From contig CBRFFM010000015.1 of NCBI GenBank assembly GCA_967789005.1, positions 2,623-66,622 on the forward strand: a stretch of DNA of 64,000 nt. The letters are read 5' to 3'. A program made the translations under genes and the position numbers. Below, piece by piece: positions 47,246-57,324 of this stretch. This DNA is from an uncultured bacterium. GTDB taxonomy: Bacteria; Bacteroidota; Bacteroidia; Cytophagales; Cyclobacteriaceae. The notes below the pieces were generated by a model that was given only the letters and a program-made list of their open reading frames with translations, was not told the DNA's origin and searched no databases. Numbering within the stretch: position 1 is the first letter of the stretch; each line of letters opens with the position of its first letter.

Positions 47246-48074
47246 GTATTCCTTGCGCTGAGAGCCTTATTTTCTGATTCAATTGATTTACCAATTCATC
47301 ATTCTTTTTCTCAGCCAAATATTGAGCATGACGGGCTCCCCCGTTGTTGAACATATAAAACAATCCCATTCCTGTAAAGGCACCTGAAAAATAATAGCCA
47401 TTTAAAAAACTGTAAGCTGTAAACAAAAGTAATCCGGCTTGTATAGTTCCTGAAGTAATGCCCCTGCCCATATAACCGGCATACCATTGGCCTATACCGG
47501 GAAGAAAATGAGAAATGGATTCTGCTCGCACAGGGTTCTTCAATTTTCTGAATTTCTTAGTTTGATAAATGTTAGGCTCGTTGACGATGCCAAACTTGGC
47601 ACAAAACGATTTGTATTTTTTTTCAGCATCGGTCAGCTTGTGTTGTTGATTCAGTATCAGAATCTCGATTAGCTCGACAAAGGGTTGGTTTAAGTTCTGT
47701 AAATAGTATTGAGACTCCTGAGCCTTGTTAAGGGCCAAATCATATTTGGCAGCTAAGTAGGCATTCAGTGCTGACTCGTAATATAGGTTTAGTTTCAAGG
47801 TGTCGTTCCCTTGGAAAAAATCAGCTCGCTGCAATGTGTTATAGGCTTCTTCATATTTGCCTTCAGCTTTCAGGCAGTATGATTTTTGTAAAATCAGATG
47901 ATTGCTTAGTCCTATGGGTTGATGAAATAATAAGCGCTCGTACTCCACTCGAGCACGCAAAAAATCTCCTGCATTAAACAGGCTGTCTGCCTTCCTTGTT
48001 ACTTGCGCCTCAGTGAAAAAGGGTACGCAAAGGAATATGCATATCAAATAAGATTTGATCGTTGATCGTTTCAT
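47235..48074 (-). CDS. Secreted TPR-like protein with a C-terminal TM2-like membrane anchor (paralogue B)
   Basis: Signal peptide MKRSTIKSYLICIFLCVPFFTEAQ. The C-terminus FLPGIGQWYAGYMGRGITSGTIQAGLLLF is followed by a second hydrophobic helix. Confidence 0.65.
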   Translation of the reverse strand: MKRSTIKSYLICIFLCVPFFTEAQVTRKADSLFNAGDFLRARVEYERLLFHQPIGLSNHLILQKSYCLKAEGKYEEAYNTLQRADFFQGNDTLKLNLYYESALNAYLAAKYDLALNKAQESQYYLQNLNQPFVELIEILILNQQHKLTDAEKKYKSFCAKFGIVNEPNIYQTKKFRKLKNPVRAESISHFLPGIGQWYAGYMGRGITSGTIQAGLLLFTAYSFLNGYYFSGAFTGMGLFYMFNNGGARHAQYLAEKKNDELVNQLNQKIRLSAQGIQKK

Positions 48075-48891
48075 TAAGTTGATCTCTTTTAAACTTTACA
48101 GCAAATGCGCTTCCCCAAATGGTGCCAATGTAGATGGAGGAAAAAATAGCTCCATAGGCGATGAACCTGAAACTGGAAGGACCGTCCTTACGATAACCTT
48201 CCCAAGCTTGTAAACCTAATACGGTTGAAATTAATAAGGTATACATGCCTTGTCCCCTGTTACCAGCATAAAACTTTCCAGCCCCTGGCAAAATAGCTGA
48301 AAGAGTAGCTGCCAGAAGAGGAGATTTCTTGGGTTGTTGCGTAATTCTTCGGTAATGCTCCTTCATCTTTTCCTCCTGTTGGTCGATGACGTAGTTAGGA
48401 GGTGAAAAATAATGCGAAACGGAATCATACTTCTTAAGATCTCTCTGTAAGAGTGAAATGCCGGCTATCTCTAAATTGCGCAACTGAGTTTCAGTACTAT
48501 CAATGGGTGTGTATTTAAGTAGCTTCTGCTCTGCAATGCGGTATGATTTTAAATATGCCTGATTAAACGAGCTAAAAAATACAGCTTCTACTTTCATTCG
48601 ATGAGAGCCATCCTTAACCGAATCAAAATGTGTAATAGAGTTTCTTAAATCTTGCTGATTGTAATAGATATTGCCAAGCAAATAATGAATGCTGTCCTTC
48701 TGAATTGGATTGATTCCGCTACCTCTATTATTCGTCAAATTCTTCAACACAGAAATTGATTCGTCATAATATTTTTTGTTGAATAGATATTTAGAAAAAT
48801 TCAACTCGCTGGAAATGGAGTTGGTTTGCCCCTGAAGATCAAAAACAAAAAAGCCGAAGGAAATGAAAAAGAGGAATCGAACTAGCCGCAT
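48010..48891 (-). CDS. Secreted TPR-like protein with a C-terminal TM2-like membrane anchor (paralogue A)
   Basis: Signal peptide MRLVRFLFFISFGFFVF. The C-terminus ILPGAGKFYAGNRGQGMYTLLISTVLGL is followed by a second helix. It aligns with paralogue B over K(K/N).P..A..S..LPG.G..YAG..G.G. Confidence 0.65.
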   Translation of the reverse strand: MRLVRFLFFISFGFFVFDLQGQTNSISSELNFSKYLFNKKYYDESISVLKNLTNNRGSGINPIQKDSIHYLLGNIYYNQQDLRNSITHFDSVKDGSHRMKVEAVFFSSFNQAYLKSYRIAEQKLLKYTPIDSTETQLRNLEIAGISLLQRDLKKYDSVSHYFSPPNYVIDQQEEKMKEHYRRITQQPKKSPLLAATLSAILPGAGKFYAGNRGQGMYTLLISTVLGLQAWEGYRKDGPSSFRFIAYGAIFSSIYIGTIWGSAFAVKFKRDQLNETINDQILFDMHIPLRTLFH

Positions 48892-48894
48892 AAA

Positions 48895-49308
48895 TTAATG
48901 AAAGTGAAAATCGGCCGGAGTCTCCATTATTTTACCTTGTTTGGTTAGTCGGATGGGCAAGCTTTCCATCACCGAAATTTTAGAACATCTGCTTAGACGA
49001 TCGAAGGTGAGGAAATAACCTTTAAGGAAACCCTGATCCTTTACAATGGCACTACTGAATCTGGAACAGGTAAGTTCAAAAGCACAACTTGTAGCTAATT
49101 GCTCGCTAATGGCCTTTTGATAAAATTTAATACCGAGTTGATAGCTAATGGAGAGCGGATTCCAGCTACGTATTTTCTTGGATTGAGCCGAAGTGGATAC
49201 TTTTTGTGACTGCCCTAAAAGCGCCAAGTCGTTCTCAAAAGATTGTGCCTGACTATTGCCCGACAATATAAGCGACAAGCATACCAGTAATAGAGTCAAC
49301 CTGATCAT
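48895..49308 (-). CDS. YidD-like (DUF37) protein with a signal peptide and an N-terminal extension
   Basis: FYQKAISEQLATSCAFELTCSRFSSAIVKDQGFLKGYFLTFDRLSRCS follows the YidD pattern YQ..IS...C.F.PTCS......G..KG......R..RC. Confidence 0.7.
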   Translation of the reverse strand: MIRLTLLLVCLSLILSGNSQAQSFENDLALLGQSQKVSTSAQSKKIRSWNPLSISYQLGIKFYQKAISEQLATSCAFELTCSRFSSAIVKDQGFLKGYFLTFDRLSRCSKISVMESLPIRLTKQGKIMETPADFHFH

Positions 49309-50000
49309 TGAACTGTTTTTGCGTTGGTCGGCACTTTGAAATTCAAATATTGTTCATCTACATCTTTGTCAACTTTAAAGTTAGAGTAGATGGTTTTAGA
49401 AATCACGGAATCTTTTGCGTTGATGTAATTGATTTGCGTAACAGATGAGGGAAAATTCAAGCCTCCGACTAATTGATAATTATAGAAGTAAACTTTATTG
49501 ATCGCCTTTCCTTTTTTATCGAAGTAGCCAAGGAATACCGGGTTGTTTTTATCATGCGCTACTTCTACTCTTGAAATATCCTTGGCAAGCTGCATGGGCG
49601 GAGACCAAACCGTAACTCTTAATCCTTCTTGAAATTTTGTCTCTTTCAAACCGAACCCCATTTTTGACAAACCTAAATCTCCTCTATTATTTTCTAGAAA
49701 ATAGAAGAGCTGATTTGTCTCGGTGCCCATCATATAATTCTGCCTTTGAATGACTGAATTGCTGGTAAAGTCATAAATCATAAACTCACCCTTCGAATTG
49801 TTGATAACCATTGCTTCGCGAGGGTCAGTATAATGGCACGCCATCCTTCCTTCTGAGGTATAGTAAACCGCGGCCTTTAACGTGCTTAGCTTTCCTTTTT
49901 GGCTAGAACGTGTAACCATGTCCATCGACACTTTCTGATAAACGTATTGGTCAAACGACCAAAAGAGGCTTAAAAAGACAATAAATGAATATTGAAACAT
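49305..50000 (-). CDS. Hypothetical secreted/periplasmic protein (231 aa)
   Basis: Hydrophobic N-terminus and beta-rich sequence. Its stop overlaps the YidD-like start (ATGA). I could not assign a family. Confidence 0.55.
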   Translation of the reverse strand: MFQYSFIVFLSLFWSFDQYVYQKVSMDMVTRSSQKGKLSTLKAAVYYTSEGRMACHYTDPREAMVINNSKGEFMIYDFTSNSVIQRQNYMMGTETNQLFYFLENNRGDLGLSKMGFGLKETKFQEGLRVTVWSPPMQLAKDISRVEVAHDKNNPVFLGYFDKKGKAINKVYFYNYQLVGGLNFPSSVTQINYINAKDSVISKTIYSNFKVDKDVDEQYLNFKVPTNAKTVQ

Positions 50001-50064
50001 GGCGAGTTAAAAATTAGAGAAATGAAATTTAAAACTGAAATCGAAGAACTCGCGCGACTAGAGA

Positions 50065-50310
50065 TTAGTAAGCAATTCCGTCAGCGAGAACAATTACTTT
50101 GTTTTTGAGTACTTCAACTACGCCACCGGTGATAGCTACTTGCTCGGTGGATTCTTTTGTCTTATAAATTACTTGGCCATCCTTAAGCAAAGACACCAGT
50201 GGTGCGTGATCATTCATTACCTGAAATGATCCGTCAGATCCAGGAAACGTAACGATCGTAACCTCTCCTTCAAAAATCTTCTTCTCTGGTGTGATTATTT
50301 CTAAATGCAT
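50065..50310 (-). CDS. atpC: F0F1 ATP synthase subunit epsilon (short form)
   Basis: MHLEIITPEKKIFEGEVTIVTFPGSDGSFQVMNDHAPL is the epsilon N-terminal beta-sandwich. The gene lies downstream of atpD. Confidence 0.9.
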   Translation of the reverse strand: MHLEIITPEKKIFEGEVTIVTFPGSDGSFQVMNDHAPLVSLLKDGQVIYKTKESTEQVAITGGVVEVLKNKVIVLADGIAY

Positions 50311-50317
50311 GAGTTCA

Positions 50318-50427
50318 ATTTGAAAATTTGAAAATTAATCAATTTGAAAATTTAGAACCGATTTGAAGATTTGAAACGGATTATCACTAATTCAATTTTC
50401 AAATCTTCAAATCAATTCATTTTCAAA

Positions 50428-50428
<1 letters not shown>
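50318..50428. repeat. Octamer-built palindrome filling the atpD-atpC spacer: 7 ATTTGAAA-type units facing 4 TTTCAAAT-type units
   Basis: Left arm units run in two registers, 50318-50357 and 50361-50376. The right arm spans 50397-50428. A 17-bp perfect inverted repeat gatttgaagatttgaaa / tttcaaatcttcaaatc pairs 50360-50376 with 50397-50413 around a 20-nt loop. Confidence 0.9.
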
Positions 50429-52002
<1,574 letters not shown>

Positions 52003-52024
52003 TCAGGGCGAAAATTCCAGCCCG

Positions 52025-52032
52025 CAAAAGTA
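52025..52032 (-). promoter_or_regulatory. Candidate atpD promoter -7 box TActTTTG with a -33 TTTG
   Basis: On the minus strand, TTTG (52052-52055) is followed by a 19-nt spacer and TActTTTG, matching the Bacteroidota consensus spacing. The 5' UTR would be about 80 nt. Confidence 0.55.
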
Positions 52033-52157
52033 TATTTTTCGCGGGTTTATGCAAATGACAAACCCCATTTTAAGGCAACTATTTGCTGGTAAAGCTCAAA
52101 TCATTAATTATCTCGTCATCATCAGCGAAATCCTCGCAATCCCAGATAATCTGTGTT

Positions 52158-52165
52158 TATTTTTG
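52158..52165 (+). promoter_or_regulatory. Candidate -7 box TAttTTTG for the GH3-family gene
   Basis: The sequence tatttttg ends 4 nt before the ATG at 52170, which implies a leaderless transcript. Confidence 0.4.
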
Positions 52166-52169
52166 CTCC

Positions 52170-53669
52170 ATGGGAATCCGTTCTGTTTTAGCTAAGCCTT
52201 TTGCTGCAAGCATCTCCAAAGAGACCAAAGAATGGTCTTCAAATGCAGTACTTCACCAACAAAAAATTTTCCAAAATCTGATCAACACAGGTAAAAATAC
52301 TTTGTTTGGTAAGGATCATGGATTTTCATCAATCAAATCCTATGATGATTTTAAAAGGCAAGTTCCTATTCGGGATTACGAAGCGCTGAAGCCCTACGTT
52401 GAAAAAGTCCTCCATGGCGAAGCGAATATCTTGTGGAAAGGCAAACCGGAATATTTTGCAAAAACTTCGGGTACCACGTCAGGAACGAAATACATTCCCA
52501 TCACCAAAGATTCAATTCCTAATCACATCAATAGTGCTCGCAATGCTCTGTTGAGCTATGTGCATGAAACCGGCAATGCAAAGTTCCTAGATGGTGGGTT
52601 GATTTTTCTCTCAGGCTCTCCGGAATTAAGCGAAAAGGCTGGAATAAAAACGGGAAGGCTTTCAGGAATTGTAAATCATCATGTGCCCGGCTATTTGCGA
52701 TCAAATCAAAAACCGAGTTATGCTACGAATTGCATCGAAGACTGGGAAGAGAAATTAGATAAGATCATTGAAGAGACAATTCATGCAGACATGACTCTGA
52801 TCTCAGGCATTCCGCCTTGGGCACAAATGTACTTTGATCGGATTGCAGCAAAAACAGGAAAGAAGATAAAAGATGTATTTCCCAACTTCTCGATGTTTGT
52901 TTATGGTGGTGTCAACTTCGAGCCATATCGTGCGAAGCTTTTCGAGACGATCGGAAAGAAAATTGATTCAATTGAGACTTACCCTGCATCCGAAGGATTC
53001 ATTGCATATCAAGACTCGCAGAATGCCGAGGGTCTTTTGTTGTTACTTAATTCCGGAATCTTCTTTGAGTTTATTCCGACTGAAGAATACTTTAATGAAA
53101 AACCAACACGACTTTCGATTGAGCAAGTGGAGTTAGGAAAAAACTATGCAGTGGTCATTAACAGTAATGCTGGGCTGTGGGGTTATTCTATAGGTGATAC
53201 CGTAAAATTCGTTTCTAAAAATCCATATCGAATTATCGTTAGTGGACGTATCAAACATTTTATTTCCGCTTTTGGTGAGCACGTGATTGGCGAAGAGGTC
53301 GAAAAAGCAATGAAGGCCACTACTGAAAAATTTCCTGAAACACATCTGGTGGAGTTTACGGTTGCTCCAAATGTGGCTCCTAAAGAAGGAATGCCACATC
53401 ATGAATGGCTGATCGAGTTTTCAAATGCACCAAATGATATGAATGCCTTTGCGGAGGAATTGGATAATCAACTGCGCAAGCTCAATGTATATTACGATGA
53501 TCTCATCACCGGGAATATCTTGCGCACGCTGAAGATCACTTCGCTAAAGAAAAATGGATTCATCGATTACATGAAGTCGCAAGGCAAGCTTGGTGGACAA
53601 AACAAAGTACCGAGGCTTTCAAACGACAGGAAAATCGCAGATGAGCTGACTGCATTTGCTGCTCAATAA
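52170..53669 (+). CDS. GH3-family (acyl-acid amido synthetase-like) adenylating enzyme
   Basis: TSGTTSGTKYIPIT is the GH3 AMP-binding motif. The protein is about 500 aa. The start is set at ATG 52170. Confidence 0.85.
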   Translation: MGIRSVLAKPFAASISKETKEWSSNAVLHQQKIFQNLINTGKNTLFGKDHGFSSIKSYDDFKRQVPIRDYEALKPYVEKVLHGEANILWKGKPEYFAKTSGTTSGTKYIPITKDSIPNHINSARNALLSYVHETGNAKFLDGGLIFLSGSPELSEKAGIKTGRLSGIVNHHVPGYLRSNQKPSYATNCIEDWEEKLDKIIEETIHADMTLISGIPPWAQMYFDRIAAKTGKKIKDVFPNFSMFVYGGVNFEPYRAKLFETIGKKIDSIETYPASEGFIAYQDSQNAEGLLLLLNSGIFFEFIPTEEYFNEKPTRLSIEQVELGKNYAVVINSNAGLWGYSIGDTVKFVSKNPYRIIVSGRIKHFISAFGEHVIGEEVEKAMKATTEKFPETHLVEFTVAPNVAPKEGMPHHEWLIEFSNAPNDMNAFAEELDNQLRKLNVYYDDLITGNILRTLKITSLKKNGFIDYMKSQGKLGGQNKVPRLSNDRKIADELTAFAAQ

Positions 53670-53674
53670 ATCTC

Positions 53675-54670
53675 ATGGCCCTTCTCACCATCATTATGCC
53701 TGTTTACAATGCTTCGGCATTTGTTGAAGAGACGGTGGAGAGTATTCTAAATCAAACTTTCAAAGATTTTGAATTATGGATTGCTGATGATGCATCGACA
53801 GATGAAAGTTTGTCGATTGTCAAATCATTCAATGATTTAAGGGTCAAGATATTTCCAAACGCAACCAATCAAGGCCGGGTAAATACAGTTAACAAAATGG
53901 TGAAAGAAATCGCTTCACCTTTTTTTACTATAACTGATGCCGATGATGTCTCCCATCCTCAAAGGCTTAAAAGACAAATTGAATTTCTTGAAAGCCATTC
54001 TGATTATTTAATGGTCGGCACATCCTATTGGGCGATGGATGAGAAGGGTTTTTTGGTTCGCGAAATGAAATTAAAAACAGATGTGAAGGAATTAAGGTCT
54101 GCTGCGTTGAATCAATCTCAATTTCTTGGGCCAACCACAGTAATGCGAAAAACGGTACTCGATCATTTTCCCGAATTCTATCGCGAATACTTTATCGATA
54201 ATTTTGCTGATGCAGATTTGAGCTGCAGGATTCTTGATAAATTCAATTCGACCAACATCGATGAGCCTTTATATTTTTATCGGGTAGTTAAGAATTCGGT
54301 CACCCGAAAGAAAGTGACTGTGCGCAATCTCAACTTGAATCAAGTAATTGCCTTTTTATCAAGGCAGAGACGAGAGCAAAGAGAAGATTGTTTACAGCGC
54401 GGCAATAAGAGTGAGGCAGATGAGTTTTTAAGCACCATCCAAGAGGAATACGATAGCGACCCTTCCTTTTTTTATCGCCATCAGGCATTTTTTCATTTGT
54501 ATTGGAGACTCAATGATCTCGCCTTTCTAAATGGATGGAAGGCTTTTCAGAGAAGACCTTTTTATTTGAAAAACATTTTTGGCTTTTTACTCATCGTTTT
54601 TCGGATTGGCGTGTTTTCGCTAACTCGCGGGTTCAATAAGAGGCATTACTCTCAAATGATAAAATATTAA
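53675..54670 (+). CDS. Family 2 glycosyltransferase
   Basis: IIMPVYNASAFVEETVESILNQTFKDFELWIADDASTD and a DADD motif. Confidence 0.85.
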   Translation: MALLTIIMPVYNASAFVEETVESILNQTFKDFELWIADDASTDESLSIVKSFNDLRVKIFPNATNQGRVNTVNKMVKEIASPFFTITDADDVSHPQRLKRQIEFLESHSDYLMVGTSYWAMDEKGFLVREMKLKTDVKELRSAALNQSQFLGPTTVMRKTVLDHFPEFYREYFIDNFADADLSCRILDKFNSTNIDEPLYFYRVVKNSVTRKKVTVRNLNLNQVIAFLSRQRREQREDCLQRGNKSEADEFLSTIQEEYDSDPSFFYRHQAFFHLYWRLNDLAFLNGWKAFQRRPFYLKNIFGFLLIVFRIGVFSLTRGFNKRHYSQMIKY

Positions 54671-55830
54671 TGGAAGAGCAGAAGAAACGTATTGCCATAC
54701 TTGGATCCACCGGATCTATCGGAACCCAAGCGCTGGACGTAATCCAATCACATCCTGATTATTTTGAGGTAGAGGTGCTCACTGCTCAAAACAATGCCGA
54801 CTTGTTGATTGCACAAGCCAAGAAATTTAAGCCCAATGCGGTAGTTATTGCGAATGAAGATCATTACGCCAAAGTGAAAGAAGCGTTGATTTCGGAGGAT
54901 GTAAAGGTTTTTGCCGGAGAAAATGCACTGGAGGCTGTTGTTCAGATGGATTCGATTGATTTGGTATTGACTGCCCTGGTTGGATTTTCGGGGTTGAAGC
55001 CAACAATGAAGGCAATTGAAGCGGGAAAGGATATTGCTCTTGCTAACAAAGAAACTTTAGTTGTCGCTGGCGAACTGGTTACCACTCTTGCCAGGCAAAA
55101 AGGCGTGAATATTTTTCCGGTTGACTCAGAACACTCGGCTATTTTTCAATGTATAGTAGGTGAGTTTCACAATCCCATTGAAAAGATAATTCTCACGGCA
55201 TCAGGCGGGCCATTCCGTGGAAGAAAAAAGGAGGAATTAAAGAATGTGACAAAGGCGCAAGCACTGAAACATCCTAATTGGACGATGGGTGCAAAAGTGA
55301 CTATCGATTCTGCGACCTTAATGAATAAAGGTCTTGAAGTGATCGAAGCAAAATGGCTTTTTGGAGTGAAAACAGAGCAAATAGAAGTAGTTGTTCATCC
55401 GCAATCCATCATCCATTCGCTGGTGCAGTTTCGTGATGGCTCGATCAAGGCGCAACTTGGCTTACCTGATATGCGTTTACCGATCCAGTTTGCAATGGCC
55501 TATCCGGAACGCTTAGATTCTGATTTTCCACGATTCGATTTTTCAAAATACCCTTCACTTACTTTTGAAAAACCCGATACAGAAAGTTTTCGTAATCTTG
55601 CGCTTGCTTTTGAAGCCCTTGGGCGTGGCGGAAACATGCCTTGTGTGCTTAATGCCGCAAATGAGGTGGCCGTAGCGGAATTTTTAAGCGAAAAAGTGGG
55701 TTTTCTTGAAATGACGGACTTGGTGGAGGAATGCCTCGGAAAAATGAATTTCATACCAAAACCTTCTTTTGACGATTATTTACAAACCGACAAAGAAACC
55801 CGCATCAGAGCAAAGGAATTGATAAAGTAG
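54670..55830 (+). CDS. dxr: 1-deoxy-D-xylulose-5-phosphate reductoisomerase
   Basis: ILGSTGSIGTQALDV, LANKETLV, PVDSEHSAIFQC and NKGLEVIEA. Confidence 0.95.
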   Translation: MEEQKKRIAILGSTGSIGTQALDVIQSHPDYFEVEVLTAQNNADLLIAQAKKFKPNAVVIANEDHYAKVKEALISEDVKVFAGENALEAVVQMDSIDLVLTALVGFSGLKPTMKAIEAGKDIALANKETLVVAGELVTTLARQKGVNIFPVDSEHSAIFQCIVGEFHNPIEKIILTASGGPFRGRKKEELKNVTKAQALKHPNWTMGAKVTIDSATLMNKGLEVIEAKWLFGVKTEQIEVVVHPQSIIHSLVQFRDGSIKAQLGLPDMRLPIQFAMAYPERLDSDFPRFDFSKYPSLTFEKPDTESFRNLALAFEALGRGGNMPCVLNAANEVAVAEFLSEKVGFLEMTDLVEECLGKMNFIPKPSFDDYLQTDKETRIRAKELIK

Positions 55831-55840
55831 CAGACAGAAA

Positions 55841-55872
55841 TTTTCAAATTAGTTAATCTTCAAATTTTCAAA
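55841..55872. repeat. Four tandem octamers of TTTTCAAA type in the dxr-rseP spacer
   Basis: ttttcaaa|ttagttaa|tcttcaaa|ttttcaaa. It shares the 11-mer aatcttcaaat with the atpD-atpC element. Confidence 0.8.
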
Positions 55873-55880
55873 TCAGTAGT

Positions 55881-57248
55881 ATGGAAGGATTGATCATGAC
55901 GGCCCAGCTTTTGTTGAGCCTTTCGATTTTGATAGTAGTGCATGAGTGGGGACATTTTTTTGCGGCCCGTACATTCAATATTAAAGTAGAGAAGTTCTAT
56001 CTCTTCTTCGATTTCCTTTTCCCGATGGCAAACGTGATGAACTTCTCTTTGCTGAAATGGAAAAAAGGAGATACCGAATACGGAATAGGTTGGTTTCCTC
56101 TTGGCGGCTATGTAAAAATTGCCGGCATGGTCGATGAGAGCATGGACAAAGAGCAAATGAAACAACCTGCCCAGCCGTGGGAATTCCGTGCTAAGCCCGC
56201 TTGGCAAAGACTTATTGTTATGCTCGGGGGAATTATCGTGAATGTAATTGTAGGTGTTCTGATTTTTATCGGCATGACTTATTTCATTGGCGATAGTTAT
56301 ATCCCAATGAAATATGTGAACGCACACGGTGGAGTTCAGTCACTAGAATTGGCGCAGAAATTAGGTTTTAAGACTGGAGATCAAATTCTAAAGATCAACG
56401 GACAAGAGATTGATAAATTTGATGATGTGGCAAAGCCTGAAGTTTTGCTTACTCCTCATTCATTCTATACTGTAAAAAGAGATGCTGAAGAAATTAACAT
56501 TTCTATTCCTGAAGACTTCATTGAAAACTTTAGCAACAAAGATGCCGCCTCTAATTTTTTACTTCCTCGTTTCCCTGCGAAGGTTGGCTCTGTAAAACCA
56601 AAATCAATTGCAGACCAGGTTGGCTTAAAGGCAGGAGATACTTTTACAGAGATAGGCGGACAGCCTGCCATGTATTTTGATCAGGTTTCGGAATACGTGA
56701 AGAGTTTTAAAGGAGATTCAATCAGCTTTAAGGTTTTGCGTGGAACGCAGGAGCTCTCTTTCAAAAAATATTTCAAAGGGGAAAAGGCAATCGGGTTTCA
56801 TCCTGTAGGTGAGTTGGTACCAAAAGAAGAACTGATTAATGTGAATTACTCTTTGGGCGAATCGATCTTGCTGGGCCCTGGAAGAGCATTTGGTGTGTTG
56901 ACTGTTCAGCTTAAGGCTTTCAAAAAGATTTTCGCAGGCGAGTTATCTTTCAAAAAATCACTTTCAGGCCCGATCGGCATGGCCCAAATTTATGGGGGCA
57001 CATGGGATTGGTCACGCTTCTGGAGAGTGACCGGAATCCTTTCAATGGTGTTGGCATTTATGAACCTATTGCCAATTCCTGCACTTGATGGTGGTTACGT
57101 GGTGTTCTTGCTTTATGAAATGATCACTGGTCGTGAGCCATCAGAGAAGTTCTTCGAGAACTCGATTAAAGTAGGTATGGCCATTCTCCTCCTGCTCATG
57201 GTATTCGTTTTCTACAACGACATTGCGAAGTTGATCACTGGGAATTGA
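55881..57248 (+). CDS. rseP: RIP zinc metalloprotease RseP (site-2 protease, M50)
   Basis: HEWGHFFAA, PDZ regions, and NLLPIPALDGG. Confidence 0.9.
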   Translation: MEGLIMTAQLLLSLSILIVVHEWGHFFAARTFNIKVEKFYLFFDFLFPMANVMNFSLLKWKKGDTEYGIGWFPLGGYVKIAGMVDESMDKEQMKQPAQPWEFRAKPAWQRLIVMLGGIIVNVIVGVLIFIGMTYFIGDSYIPMKYVNAHGGVQSLELAQKLGFKTGDQILKINGQEIDKFDDVAKPEVLLTPHSFYTVKRDAEEINISIPEDFIENFSNKDAASNFLLPRFPAKVGSVKPKSIADQVGLKAGDTFTEIGGQPAMYFDQVSEYVKSFKGDSISFKVLRGTQELSFKKYFKGEKAIGFHPVGELVPKEELINVNYSLGESILLGPGRAFGVLTVQLKAFKKIFAGELSFKKSLSGPIGMAQIYGGTWDWSRFWRVTGILSMVLAFMNLLPIPALDGGYVVFLLYEMITGREPSEKFFENSIKVGMAILLLLMVFVFYNDIAKLITGN

Positions 57249-57249
57249 G

Positions 57250-57324
57250 AATCGTTGTTGGTTTGACTGTTATTCGTTGTTAGGCTGTTCTCGAACAACC
57301 GGCAACGAATAACTAACAACGATT
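57250..57324. terminator. Long heptamer-built hairpin between the convergent rseP and TPR genes (likely bidirectional terminator)
   Basis: aatcgttgtt (57250-57259) pairs perfectly with aacaacgatt (57315-57324). ttattcgttg (57270-57279) pairs perfectly with caacgaataa (57303-57312). The right arm reads gaacaac|cggcaac|gaataac|taacaac. Confidence 0.7.

Noticed and set aside
50002-50053. 7-bp inverted repeat gcgagtt / aactcgc between atpC and the next gene, considered as an atp operon terminator
   Set aside because: The loop is 38 nt and no U-tract follows, which is too weak to call. It remains open whether the downstream cluster is co-transcribed with atpDC.
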